19,893 bases of DNA from positions 1-19,893 of the forward strand of contig JBFRWI010000109.1 of the NCBI GenBank assembly GCA_051439505.1. Direction: 5' to 3'. Both the position numbers and the translations under genes were made by a program. Within the stretch, counting starts at the first letter, position 1; every line of letters starts with the position of its first letter. The notes under the pieces are model-generated. The model had not been told where the DNA came from, did not search any database, and saw only the letters and a program-made list of their open reading frames with translations. The DNA is from Hormoscilla sp. Its GTDB lineage: Bacteria; Cyanobacteriota; Cyanobacteriia; Cyanobacteriales; Desertifilaceae. Positions 8,524 to 17,020 of this stretch are shown piece after piece.

Positions 8524-9423
8524 TTATGCTTCTCCCGCGTGATAGGAACTGCGAACTAGGGGACCGGAACGGACGTGAGAGAAACCCATCTCACGGGCGA
8601 TCGCGCCCAATTTATCGAACTCCTCTGGCCTCCAGTATTTCTCCACTGGTAGGTGTGCCAGAGAAGGCCGCATATATTGACCGATGGTGAGGCGATCGCA
8701 CCCGACGGCCCGCAGATCGGCCATAGCTTCGATCGTTTCCGCTTCCGTTTCCCCAAGTCCCAGCATTAACCCCGACTTCGTAGGTATAGTCGGATCCAAC
8801 TCCTTGACAAAACGTAACACATCTAGGGAGAGATCGTACTTGGCCCCGCGACGCACCGGTCCTTGCAAGCGTCGTACCGTCTCCAAATTATGGTTATAAC
8901 AAGCCGGTTGAGCGCGGACCACCGTAGCGACCAATTCCTTTTGTCCCCAAAAATCCGGTGTCAGCACCTCAATTTCCGTTTCTGGGTTCAACTGGCGCAC
9001 CGCAGCCATTGTGGCCGCAAACCAACCCGCCCCCCGATCGGGCAAATCATCTCGGGCCACCGAAGTCAGCACCACATAGCGCAACCCCAGCAACTGCACC
9101 GACTCTGCCACCTTTTGCGGTTCCTGGGGATCTAGGGGCATGGGTGCGTGACCTTTATCCACTTGACAAAAAGCACAAGAGCGAGTACAAGTAGGCCCCA
9201 TCAGCAGAAAAGTCGCCGTCAGATTAGCATAGCACTCTCCCCGGTTGGGACAGCGTCCCTCCTCGCAGATCGTGTGAATTTGACGTTGCTTGATAATTCG
9301 CTGTACTGTAGAAATATCGCTAGCGTTACCGACGGGGCGTCGCAACCAAGGTGGGAGACGATCTCCTGAGGCAGGGCGCTGCCTGGCAGCGGACTGAGTT
9401 TGGTCAGATTTTGTGATTGACAT
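8524..9423 (-). CDS. lipA: Lipoyl synthase
   Basis: [12 protein letters not shown] auxiliary-cluster motif, CTRSCAFC radical SAM motif, C-terminal [10 protein letters not shown]. Confidence 0.97.
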   Translation of the reverse strand: MSITKSDQTQSAARQRPASGDRLPPWLRRPVGNASDISTVQRIIKQRQIHTICEEGRCPNRGECYANLTATFLLMGPTCTRSCAFCQVDKGHAPMPLDPQEPQKVAESVQLLGLRYVVLTSVARDDLPDRGAGWFAATMAAVRQLNPETEIEVLTPDFWGQKELVATVVRAQPACYNHNLETVRRLQGPVRRGAKYDLSLDVLRFVKELDPTIPTKSGLMLGLGETEAETIEAMADLRAVGCDRLTIGQYMRPSLAHLPVEKYWRPEEFDKLGAIAREMGFSHVRSGPLVRSSYHAGEA

Positions 9424-9629
9424 ATAGCATATTCGGCCAACTTAGTACGTTAATATGTTGAAATAAGTTGATTAATTTCCCTTGGCCAGAGGGGATTCTA
9501 GTTGAAGTAGTGTAATTTTAACCCACCTGTCGGTCATGCTGATATTTTTAACAGCAACTGGGGCATCAATATCTTCAACCTGTGAACTCATAATATCATC
9601 TTTACACTCACCATTCCTAGGAGTCAGTC

Positions 9630-10238
9630 GTGGCACAAAAACACAAAATATTAGTTATCGATGACAGTAGAGTTATCCGGATGCGGGTGCGGGATATGTT
9701 GCCAGAAGGTAACTTTGAAGTCCTGGAAGCCAAAGATGGCGAAGAAGGACTGAATTTTATCCGCCAGCAAAACCCAAACCTGATCATGCTAGATTTCCTC
9801 TTGCCTAAGGTCAGTGGCTGGGATGTATTTCAGCATATTCGCGGCAATGCTAAGTTTCGGAAGATTCCCCTAGTGTTGATGTCTGGTCGCAAAGAAGAGG
9901 TGACCGAGAAAATCCCCGAACCCTTCGAGTTTTGGGAGTTCATCGAAAAGCCTTTTGAGCAAAAACAGCTGATTGGTGCCATCAAATCAGCCATGAAAAA
10001 GGCGACCAAGCCGCAACCACCACTAGAACAGGAAGCTCCCGCCCCAGCGATTACAACTGCACCATCCGGGGCCGCCACCACAGCTGGTGCTGGCTCGGCT
10101 GAGATCGAACAGCTCAAACAGCAGATGGCCAAAATGCAGGCTGAAATTGAAGCCTTGAAAAAACAGGTGGCCCAGATCGAGCCCTTGAAACAGAACGTGG
10201 CCAAGATTTTTAACTTCGTCAAACAGAAGGTGAAGTAA
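9630..10238 (+). CDS. Response regulator: receiver domain, Pro/Ala linker and C-terminal coiled coil
   Basis: ILVIDD, phospho-acceptor IMLDFLLP, FIEKPF; GTG start with AGGAG upstream. Confidence 0.9.
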   Translation: MAQKHKILVIDDSRVIRMRVRDMLPEGNFEVLEAKDGEEGLNFIRQQNPNLIMLDFLLPKVSGWDVFQHIRGNAKFRKIPLVLMSGRKEEVTEKIPEPFEFWEFIEKPFEQKQLIGAIKSAMKKATKPQPPLEQEAPAPAITTAPSGAATTAGAGSAEIEQLKQQMAKMQAEIEALKKQVAQIEPLKQNVAKIFNFVKQKVK

Positions 10239-10256
10239 TATCACAGCAACTATCTC

Positions 10257-10292
10257 CCCTGTATGGAAGTGATATATAAAGTCTGTACAGGG
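10257..10292 (+). terminator. Hairpin between convergent genes
   Basis: CCCTGTATGGA...TCTGTACAGGG pairs fully with G-U pairs on the + strand RNA. Confidence 0.5.
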
Positions 10293-10295
10293 TGA

Positions 10296-11027
10296 TTAAA
10301 CTGCTAGCAGCAGCACTGAGTAAAAGCCTGCACCGACAAGGAAAGACCAGAAACAACTTTCCCGATTTTCGGGTATTTCTTCTTTGAGGACATTCAGGAT
10401 TATCCCGCCAGCTACGAAGGCCCAGATAGTCGCGATCGCAGCGGAGTCAAGATGGATTGAGTTTCCCAGCACCCAGCCCAAAATAATCGCTCCTGCTAAT
10501 ACCCAGCGCCCCCTGCGATCGTAAGCATGTTTGTGGTGTTCTCGCAAGCTGTAGTCGTTAACAATGAAATGTCCGGCCAAAGCTACAAACAGCAGCAAGG
10601 CACTAACTAAGCCACGTTCTTCCGCATCGCTTAATAAGTTTCCTATGAGCGCATTATAAATCGCAAAAGAACCAATATGTACCCAGAAAACCCCAAGAGA
10701 AGTAGAGTCTGACTCTTGAGTCTTGCGGTTGGACTGGCGCGATCGCTGGGCTAATAACTCCAGCCCGTAGAAGGCCGCCAAACCGAGCAGAGCGAGAATG
10801 TAAACGTGCTTTTCCAGATATTCTACAATGGGGCTGCCAGAATGTTCGATTTCCTCTTGAGCTTTATGCAACTCCGGTAAGATGTCGAGAAAAATGTAGG
10901 CAATAGATATCCCTGCACCTAGGGAAAACCAGCGATAACGGGGCATGAGATCCAGCCAGCGCAGCTTCCCAGCAAAGAGATGCAAGAGAACCAGGCCCAT
11001 TGGCAGTAACAGATACAGAAAGCTCAT
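10296..11027 (-). CDS. Multi-pass membrane protein, ZIP-transporter-like
   Basis: AGISIAYIFLDILPEL motif, His-containing helices (VHIGSF, AGHF), AFVAGGIILNVLKEEIP; start inferred at ATG 11027 (MSFLYLLL) rather than 11168. Confidence 0.7.
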   Translation of the reverse strand: MSFLYLLLPMGLVLLHLFAGKLRWLDLMPRYRWFSLGAGISIAYIFLDILPELHKAQEEIEHSGSPIVEYLEKHVYILALLGLAAFYGLELLAQRSRQSNRKTQESDSTSLGVFWVHIGSFAIYNALIGNLLSDAEERGLVSALLLFVALAGHFIVNDYSLREHHKHAYDRRGRWVLAGAIILGWVLGNSIHLDSAAIATIWAFVAGGIILNVLKEEIPENRESCFWSFLVGAGFYSVLLLAV

Positions 11028-11075
11028 GAAATTATATCGGTGGAACGTTAATTGTCTCATGTCAAGGGACAGATG

Positions 11076-11095
11076 CGGCAGGTTAAAACCTGCCG
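11076..11095. terminator. Hairpin downstream of recR
   Basis: CGGCAGGTT-aa-AACCTGCCG perfect inverted repeat. Confidence 0.45.
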
Positions 11096-11160
11096 ATTTC
11101 CGAGGATACAACTGGCGAAAGAGATTTCTTCCGTACAGGGGAAACTTCCCGAGAGTAAGC

Positions 11161-11757
11161 TTAATCATCCAGTGCGCGGCGTCCTGCCAAAGCTCGTGCT
11201 AAAGTAACTTCATCAGCATACTCTAAATCGCCCCCCATCGGTAAACCAAAGGCGATGCGGGTGACTTTAGTAAAGGGCTTGAGCAGTTGACCGATATAGA
11301 GGGTAGTAGTTTCACCTTCAACGCTGGGGTTGATAGCCAAAATCACTTCTTGAATATATGGCTGACTGGCCCGCCGCACTAAGGCTTGAATGGTCAACTG
11401 TTCTGGACCAATGCCATCCATCGGAGAAATCATCCCGCCCAACACGTGATACTGACCGCGATATTCCCGGGTTTTTTCCAGGGCGATTACGTCCCGGGAG
11501 TCCGCCACCACACAAATGGTGTTTTTGTCGCGGTTCTGGTTGCGGCAAATTTCGCAGGTGGGTTCGGCGGACAGGTGAAAGCATATCTGACAGAGACCAA
11601 CTTGTTTTTTGGCCTCGACTAAGGCTTGGGCCAAGGCTTGCACCTCGGCTTCCGGTCGCTTCAGGATATGTAAAGCCAGTCGTTGAGCTGTTTTGGGCCC
11701 AACTCCAGGTAAGCGCTGTAATTGCTCGATCAGGCGAGCTAAAGGTCGAGTGTAAAC
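11161..11757 (-). CDS. recR: Recombination mediator RecR (198 aa, non-canonical GTT start)
   Basis: Frame extends upstream of the listed ORF as (V/M)[32 protein letters not shown]4 zinc finger and Toprim motifs ([25 protein letters not shown]); GGAGG 9 nt before GTT. Confidence 0.95.
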   Translation of the reverse strand, partial: VYTRPLARLIEQLQRLPGVGPKTAQRLALHILKRPEAEVQALAQALVEAKKQVGLCQICFHLSAEPTCEICRNQNRDKNTICVVADSRDVIALEKTREYRGQYHVLGGMISPMDGIGPEQLTIQALVRRASQPYIQEVILAINPSVEGETTTLYIGQLLKPFTKVTRIAFGLPMGGDLEYADEVTLARALAGRRALDD

Positions 11758-11843
11758 GGTTGTAGTCCTCCAGGGTAGAGTTCTATCCCGATCTTAAACT
11801 AAGGATGGTCCCTCTGACCCAATACCTCTCGGTTAAGCAGGGA

Positions 11844-11949
11844 GTAGGAGATTGCTAGCCCTCCTGCGTCGGGCCGCTGCGCTAACGGGGGGGGTCCACT
11901 CAATTGAGCATAAGTCCGAGGCGCTTGTTGCCCCCCCCTCGCAATGACA
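11844..11949. repeat. Half copy of the 7253-7412 palindromic element with an internal insertion
   Basis: GTAGGAGATTGCT...CGGGGGGG...CCCCCCCTCGCAATGACA matches the right half of 7253-7412. Confidence 0.75.
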
Positions 11950-12053
11950 ACCTATATCCAAAACCTACGAAGTGTTGCCCTTTGACCTTCCAGATCGGGG
12001 AATCTGATTGTATAATATCACTACTGATTCATAATATCTGATAACTCACAACT

Positions 12054-12671
12054 ATGGTAGAAACAATTTCAGCTAAAGACGTCACTCTGAAGCAATTAAA
12101 AACTATCTTCGATCTTCAACTGGCTGAAGATGAGCAAGTTTTCCGCGAGTGGCAAGACAACTTACCAGAAATTACTGATTGGCAAAAGCAAATGTTAGAC
12201 CGGGTAAAAGCTGGATATTTTAATTTACTCTATTACCCTCCCTTGCTAGAAAAGCCCGTCAATATGGCGATCGTCTCACCCCTGCTTTTTATCGGAGAAT
12301 TTTATCTTTCACCTTTTCACTTCAAAGCTGAAAAGGCTGTAGAAATTTCAGCGTCTGATGAAGAAATAGTAATCAAGGGTAGCATTGATACTCTGGTTTT
12401 GCAAGAGCACTTGTGGGTAATGGTAATCGAATCTAAACGGGCTAGCTTCTCCATAGAAGCTGGACTCCCACAAATTCTAGCTTATATGCTGGCCAACCCC
12501 GAGCGACAGAAACCGTGCTTTGGCATGATAACCACTGGCGGCACCTTTATTTTCATCAAATTAGTCAAAGGTGAAGCCCCAAGATACGCGACATCGGCTG
12601 AATTTTCCCTGCGCAACCCCGGGAATGATTTGTATCGGGTTCTGAGCATTCTTAAACGCCTCAGTTCGTAG
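12054..12671 (+). CDS. Stand-alone PD-(D/E)xK restriction-endonuclease-like protein (type I HsdR N-terminal-like)
   Basis: E...GSIDTLV...VIESKR...GLPQILAYM...FGMITTG motif pattern. Confidence 0.8.
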   Translation: MVETISAKDVTLKQLKTIFDLQLAEDEQVFREWQDNLPEITDWQKQMLDRVKAGYFNLLYYPPLLEKPVNMAIVSPLLFIGEFYLSPFHFKAEKAVEISASDEEIVIKGSIDTLVLQEHLWVMVIESKRASFSIEAGLPQILAYMLANPERQKPCFGMITTGGTFIFIKLVKGEAPRYATSAEFSLRNPGNDLYRVLSILKRLSS

Positions 12672-12760
12672 GTTTGGTTACATAAGGAAACAAAACAAAA
12701 AATCGTCGTATTCTTCGATATTAATTTGAACTAGCCATCAGTAGTAAATCAACGTAGTAA

Positions 12761-12800
12761 AACAAAAAGCGCCCCCCAGTAAAGGAGAGCGCTTTTTGTT
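12761..12800 (-). terminator. Rho-independent terminator of psbA copy 1 (probably bidirectional)
   Basis: Minus strand AACAAAAAGCGCTCTCC-tttact-GGGGGGCGCTTTTTGTT. Confidence 0.85.
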
Positions 12801-12814
12801 ATTTTAGCTAAATA

Positions 12815-13897
12815 TTAGCCATTGATCGCCGGAGCGGTCAAAGCAACAGGAGCAGCTTCACCGGAGGCCAAGTCTAAGGGGAAGTTGTGAGCATTGCGCT
12901 CGTGCATTACTTCCATCCCCAGGTTAGCGCGGTTCAGCACATCTGCCCAAGTACCGATCACGCGACCTTGAGAGTCAATGATGGACTGGTTGAAGTTGAA
13001 ACCGTTCAGGTTGAAGGCCATCGTGCTCACGCCCAAAGCTGTGAACCAGATGCCGATCACCGGCCAGGCACCCAAGAAGAAGTGCAAGGAACGGCTGTTG
13101 TTGAATGAAGCATATTGGAAGATCAAACGACCGAAGTAGCCGTGAGCTGCGACGATGTTGTAGGTTTCTTCTTCTTGACCGAATTTGTAACCGTAGTTTT
13201 GTGATTCTACTTCGGTTGTTTCACGCACCAAGGAAGAAGTTACCAAAGAACCGTGCATGGCGCAGAACAGAGAACCGCCGAACACGCCTGCTACACCCAG
13301 CATGTGGAAGGGGTGCATCAGGATGTTATGCTCTGCTTGGAACACCAACATGAAGTTGAATGTACCAGAGATCCCCAAGGGCATACCATCGGAGAAGGAA
13401 CCTTGGCCGATCGGGTAGATCAAGAACACTGCGGTTGCGGCGCTAACTGGGGCGCTGTAAGCAACACAGATCCAAGGACGCATACCCAAGCGGTAGCTGA
13501 GTTCCCACTGACGACCCATGTAGCAGCAAATGCCAATGAAGAAGTGGAAGATGATCAGCTGGTAAGGGCCACCGTTGTACAGCCACTCATCCAAGGAAGC
13601 TGCTTCCCAGATGGGGTAGAAGTGCAGCCCGATCGCATTTGAGCTGGGCACAACTGCACCAGAGATGATGTTGTTGCCGTACAGCAGAGAACCAGCAACC
13701 GGCTCCCGGATACCATCGATGTCCACGGGAGGAGCAGCGATGAATGCGATGATGTAGCAGGTGGTAGCGGTCAGCAGGGTTGGGATCATCAGGACGCCGA
13801 ACCAGCCCACATACAGGCGGTTGTCGGTGCTGGTCACCCAGTTGCAGAACCGGTCCCAAACGTTAGCGTTTTCACGCTGTTGTAAGGTCGTAGTCAT
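12815..13897 (-). CDS. psbA: Photosystem II D1 protein, copy 1 (standard form, Q130)
   Basis: 360 aa canonical D1; Mn4CaO5 ligand motifs and the HNFPLDLA processing site are intact. Confidence 0.99.
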   Translation of the reverse strand: MTTTLQQRENANVWDRFCNWVTSTDNRLYVGWFGVLMIPTLLTATTCYIIAFIAAPPVDIDGIREPVAGSLLYGNNIISGAVVPSSNAIGLHFYPIWEAASLDEWLYNGGPYQLIIFHFFIGICCYMGRQWELSYRLGMRPWICVAYSAPVSAATAVFLIYPIGQGSFSDGMPLGISGTFNFMLVFQAEHNILMHPFHMLGVAGVFGGSLFCAMHGSLVTSSLVRETTEVESQNYGYKFGQEEETYNIVAAHGYFGRLIFQYASFNNSRSLHFFLGAWPVIGIWFTALGVSTMAFNLNGFNFNQSIIDSQGRVIGTWADVLNRANLGMEVMHERNAHNFPLDLASGEAAPVALTAPAING

Positions 13898-13962
13898 GTT
13901 ATTTATGATTGCTATTTATTTTTCGAGGTTCGTTTGGTAGGTTGTTTTTCCTACCTGAATAC

Positions 13963-13992
13963 AGCATAGCTAACTTCATTGAGTTTTGTAAA
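13963..13992 (-). promoter_or_regulatory. psbA copy 1 promoter
   Basis: TTTACA-18 nt-TATGCT on the minus strand, the usual psbA promoter layout. Confidence 0.7.
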
Positions 13993-14041
13993 CCCCTGTT
14001 AATTTTTTTGTACTTATACCTCATATAAGCAGAGCTTATGC

Positions 14042-14150
14042 TTTGGGACGTGAGTTCGACAGCCGCGATAACCATTATTTCACGTCGGGTTGAAAATCTC
14101 TCAAACCCGCATGATTGTGTTCAAGAGATCCCGAACGGAGAACTCCGAAC
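14042..14150 (+). repeat. Dispersed ~110 bp MITE-like repeat, copy B
   Basis: Colinear with the reverse complement of 24-132. Confidence 0.8.
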
Positions 14151-14175
14151 TCCTTCCCTCCGAACTCCCAAAATG

Positions 14176-14261
14176 GGACTTACGCACAATATCCATATTT
14201 AGTGGTTTGTAGGGGTAGCGCCCCTGTGCCTACCCTACAAGTAGAGTAGGTGCGTAAGTTC
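14176..14261. mobile_element. MITE-like element with 12-bp terminal inverted repeats enclosing a REP-like hairpin
   Basis: GGACTTACGCAC...GTGCGTAAGTTC (one mismatch); internal TTGTAGGGGTAGCGCCCCTGTGCCTACCCTACAA. Confidence 0.6.
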
Positions 14262-14286
14262 TGAATCAGAAGCGATCGGGTCTGTG

Positions 14287-14315
14287 TTGACACTGTACGC
14301 ACAAAGCGTTATATT
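14287..14315 (+). promoter_or_regulatory. Sigma70-type promoter of the toxin-antitoxin operon with a candidate operator in the spacer
   Basis: TTGACA-17 nt-TATATT; the spacer carries the inverted repeat ACGC-acaaa-GCGT. Confidence 0.7.
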
Positions 14316-14354
14316 GGGAGAGATAAGCTTTTGTTAGTTAAGAGGGTGACAGTG

Positions 14355-14651
14355 ATGTCAGCGTCAGAAGTTGAAAAAGCAGCGAGTCAGACCCGTGATG
14401 TAAAAATCAACATTAGGGCTAAACAAAATCAACGAGATTTAATCGATCGCGCGGCACAAGTCCAGGGGAAAAGTCGCTCGGAATTTATGCTGGAATCAGC
14501 GTACCAAAAAGCCCAAGAAGTTCTTTTATCCGAGTGCTTTTTTGGGGTAGATGAAGTGAAATTTCAGCAATTTGTGGATCGGCTTGATGCCCCCCCAACG
14601 CGAAATGACAAATTACACACCTTGTTAACAACGAAGTCGCCGTGGGATTAA
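14355..14651 (+). CDS. DUF1778 ribbon-helix-helix antitoxin (TacA/AtaR-like)
   Basis: INIRA...RDLIDRAAQVQGKSRSEFMLESA...F...LDAPP...L..LLTTKSPWD; overlaps the toxin start; ATG 14355 preferred to TTG 14331. Confidence 0.9.
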   Translation: MSASEVEKAASQTRDVKINIRAKQNQRDLIDRAAQVQGKSRSEFMLESAYQKAQEVLLSECFFGVDEVKFQQFVDRLDAPPTRNDKLHTLLTTKSPWD

Positions 14652-14836
14652 ATCAAGAGCAAAACAAGCTGAATCCCCCAGAAAAGCTCAATTCATCGCA
14701 TCAAATTGACCAATTTGATTCCGGCAACAGCAAGCTAAATGACTGGCTGAAAAAGCGGGCTTTAAAAAATGAATTAGAGGGTGCTTCACGTACTTATGTT
14801 CTCTGCACGGGCCAAGTAGTTATTGCATATTATTGA
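14642..14836 (+). pseudogene. Truncated GNAT acetyltransferase toxin (TacT/AtaT-like), N-terminal 64 aa only
   Basis: H.IDQFDSG...LNDWLKKRALKNE..GASRTYV...VIAYY then stop; the acetyl-CoA-binding part is missing; the stop coincides with the end of the beta-barrel gene. Confidence 0.88.
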
Positions 14837-15702
14837 GCGTGAGAATTCATCAATTTATCATTAATAGAATAAGAAGGAATAACAGATGTAGTATTCTCAT
14901 CTTCGGGGATTTGGCGTTCCCTGGTAATAATTCCTCGACCTCCGAACTCAATGCTGATTCCTAATCTGGTATCTCCACCCCGCATACTAAGAGTGGTGCG
15001 TAGTCCAATATCTTGATTTCCTCGATCGTCCAAATTGTAACCAGTACGGAAGGACAAAGAAGTGACAGGCAAATTGGTATCGCCGATCGGGATGCTGTAG
15101 TTTGCATACCCACTGAAGCTGACTCTTTCATTGGCGACAAACCCCGCTCCGATGCCAAAATTTAAGCTATGATTATCGGACTCTAACGATTGAGAATATC
15201 CCAGAGAAGCTAAGATGATGACAGGATCTCTGATTAAACTCGCTTGACTTTGAACGGTGATTGTCCAAGGGTATGCAACACCGACGGAAAAACGAGGATC
15301 TATAGTAGAGCCAGGAGAAGGACGGTATTCTAAAGATAAATCAGTGCTAATGTCAGTGTCAGTTTCCGTTCTCGTTTCAGTCCGATCGCCAAAATCTCTT
15401 TTTTCCTTAAAAATGAACAAACTAGGGATGACGCTGGCGGAAATACTTACATAGGGGCTAAAACTGTAGCTTCCTGAACCAGAAAAGTTAATCAATTGAT
15501 TGAAAGTTTCAAAATTAAACGGAGTCCCATCTGGCTCAAAGTCAAATCCTTCTCTTCCATCGGGGATATAATTGATGCTGAAATTATAGATGTAGCTTCC
15601 CGTTTCTTCTTCTGGTAGTCGCAATGGGTCAATGGGAACTTGAGCGACTGCGGGTTGAGAGATTAACAAAGCGATCGGCAGAATCAACAGCCCCTTGTTC
15701 AT
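14830..15702 (-). CDS. Predicted outer-membrane beta-barrel, FapF-like transporter
   Basis: Signal peptide (..SQPAVA|Q); many alternating amphipathic beta-strands; DPVIILASLGY and GAGFVANERVSFS resemble FapF-family motifs as I recall them; ATGA overlap with the C39 gene. Confidence 0.7.
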   Translation of the reverse strand: MNKGLLILPIALLISQPAVAQVPIDPLRLPEEETGSYIYNFSINYIPDGREGFDFEPDGTPFNFETFNQLINFSGSGSYSFSPYVSISASVIPSLFIFKEKRDFGDRTETRTETDTDISTDLSLEYRPSPGSTIDPRFSVGVAYPWTITVQSQASLIRDPVIILASLGYSQSLESDNHSLNFGIGAGFVANERVSFSGYANYSIPIGDTNLPVTSLSFRTGYNLDDRGNQDIGLRTTLSMRGGDTRLGISIEFGGRGIITRERQIPEDENTTSVIPSYSINDKLMNSHAQ

Positions 15703-16346
15703 AATTTCCTTCTCAACGAGTTGAGGGTTACTAAACGGGACTCGGCCCAGCTTAAGGTTTCGTTTTGTTGTTCTTTTACAGTGAAAATTAAGTTTTCCGG
15801 TGGAACGGGTACAAGGGTTACACCACTAAAACCTTGTTCATTGACTAAAGCATCAAGGGGTTGAATGCGTCGTCCCCATGATGGATCGGCTAAAATGATC
15901 CAATCTCCTACCATACCGACAGCTAAAACGTAGTGCATTTGAGGTTTGGTGACGTGCAAAACTACCGGCAGTCCACCGTTACCAAAGTATTCGGCTAAGG
16001 ATGTGAGGGTTAGTCGCATTCCCCTAGCTTGAATGCCGCGATCGTCTAAAGCTTGTATTAATGCTAAAGCGGTGATTCCTGTTTCTTCTAGAATTTTGCT
16101 GCTTTCTGCCATTGCTGTTTCTGACAGTGCTAAAATCTCTGCTTCCGTGGTTGGGCGATCGTAGTAGTGAGTCAGCAAGGTGGCAACAGCCGCAGCACCA
16201 CAAGTGTAATAGGTAGTTTGACCGACGACTCCTTCATAGCGAAGAGTGCGGTAAGGTGTTATTGGATTAGCCAAACTAGGAGCCACTAAAATAAAGAAGT
16301 TAATTATCTGACATAATACACAAAAGTAAAAACAATATTTCAACAT
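15699..16346 (-). CDS. Stand-alone exported C39 cysteine peptidase (FapD/C39G-like)
   Basis: Signal peptide (..APSLA|N); VVGQ43TTYYTC49GAAAVATLL, H138YV and LAD154PSWG catalytic motifs; no ABC transporter domains. Confidence 0.92.
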   Translation of the reverse strand: MLKYCFYFCVLCQIINFFILVAPSLANPITPYRTLRYEGVVGQTTYYTCGAAAVATLLTHYYDRPTTEAEILALSETAMAESSKILEETGITALALIQALDDRGIQARGMRLTLTSLAEYFGNGGLPVVLHVTKPQMHYVLAVGMVGDWIILADPSWGRRIQPLDALVNEQGFSGVTLVPVPPENLIFTVKEQQNETLSWAESRLVTLNSLRRKL

Positions 16347-16375
16347 TTTTAAAATATTGGCGACCTCTTCTCAAT

Positions 16376-16413
16376 AAAAAAGCAATGGGTTGAAAATAGA
16401 CTCTCCAACCCAT
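16376..16413 (-). terminator. Intra-operon terminator/stabilising hairpin between precursor and peptidase genes
   Basis: Minus-strand RNA AUGGGUUGGAGA-gucua-UUUUCAACCCAU (12-bp stem with G-U pairs) followed by UGCUUUUU. Confidence 0.7.
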
Positions 16414-16469
16414 GCAATTTTCAGGTAAATTTCAATCTGGAAAAAAATTGCTTTTTCAGCAAAAGAAAA

Positions 16470-16811
16470 TTACCAACGCTGGCGGGACGAAAATCCTCTT
16501 TGTCGGCCTCCCATGCCTGGGCCTCCCATTTGTTGGCCTCGGGCTTGGCCTCCTTGTTGGCTTCCCATGCCTGGGCCTCCTTGTTGGCCTCCCATGCCTG
16601 GGCCTCCTTGTTGGCCTCCCATGGGTCGGCCTCCCATTGAGCCTTCAATTTCTGCGAGTTCGGCATCGGTCATCATTGCCCCTTCCGGTAGTACAATTTG
16701 ATTTTGTGTCTCCGGTTCAATTTCTGATGATAAAGAATCAGCAAAAGCAGGAGCGATCGCCACATTCGAGAGTAAAACATCTGTACCTGCTGCCATTAAG
16801 AACTTTTTCAT
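16470..16811 (-). CDS. Secreted precursor peptide: Sec signal, acidic double-glycine-type leader and Gly/Gln/Met repeat core
   Basis: MKK...APAFA|D signal; MTDAELAEIEGS leader motif; 55-aa core with MGGQQGGPG repeats; first gene of the C39/beta-barrel unit. Confidence 0.8.
   Translation of the reverse strand: MKKFLMAAGTDVLLSNVAIAPAFADSLSSEIEPETQNQIVLPEGAMMTDAELAEIEGSMGGRPMGGQQGGPGMGGQQGGPGMGSQQGGQARGQQMGGPGMGGRQRGFSSRQRW
16505..16637. repeat. Coding tandem repeat, 27-bp unit GGCCTCCCATGCCTGGGCCTCCTTGTT and variants
   Basis: Near-identical units at 16559-16585 and 16586-16612; degenerate units at 16505, 16535, 16613 and 16628. Confidence 0.9.
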
Positions 16812-16849
16812 TGGAACAACCGTTTAATTTGGGTCTGTCTCTATAAACA

Positions 16850-16879
16850 AATATAACTTCTATTTTTAGAGATTGCCAA
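16850..16879 (-). promoter_or_regulatory. Candidate promoter of the precursor operon
   Basis: TTGGCA-18 nt-TATATT on the minus strand, 38 nt upstream of the ATG. Confidence 0.45.
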
Positions 16880-16888
16880 GTCTGAAAA

Positions 16889-16980
16889 GTAGGATTTAGG
16901 ACATAAATTTCCGAAAAAGTTAAAAACTCATTTAGTAGGATTTAGTAGGATCTGGTTTACAAAGTAGGATTTGGTAGGAT
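16889..16980. promoter_or_regulatory. Five GTAGGAT direct-repeat boxes in the divergent intergenic region
   Basis: GTAGGAT at 16889, 16935, 16945, 16964 and 16974; two pairs have exact 10-bp spacing. Confidence 0.7.
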
Positions 16981-17020
16981 ATCGTTAATTGTTCAAGATT
17001 AAGTCTCTGTATTTATACTG

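Noticed and set aside
12887..13859. ORFs overlapping psbA (also 18788-19760)
   Set aside because: Antisense or off-frame shadows caused by psbA codon bias.
15699..16811. Classical bacteriocin, Nif11 or lanthipeptide cluster
   Set aside because: No ABC exporter, HlyD or modifying enzyme; the core has no Cys; the peptidase is itself exported.
16421..16846. Alternative-frame repeat ORFs (WEANKEAQA, GLPCLGLLV and PPCWPPMPG repeats)
   Set aside because: These are shadows of the 27-bp repeat; only 16470-16811 has a signal peptide, a leader motif and operon context.
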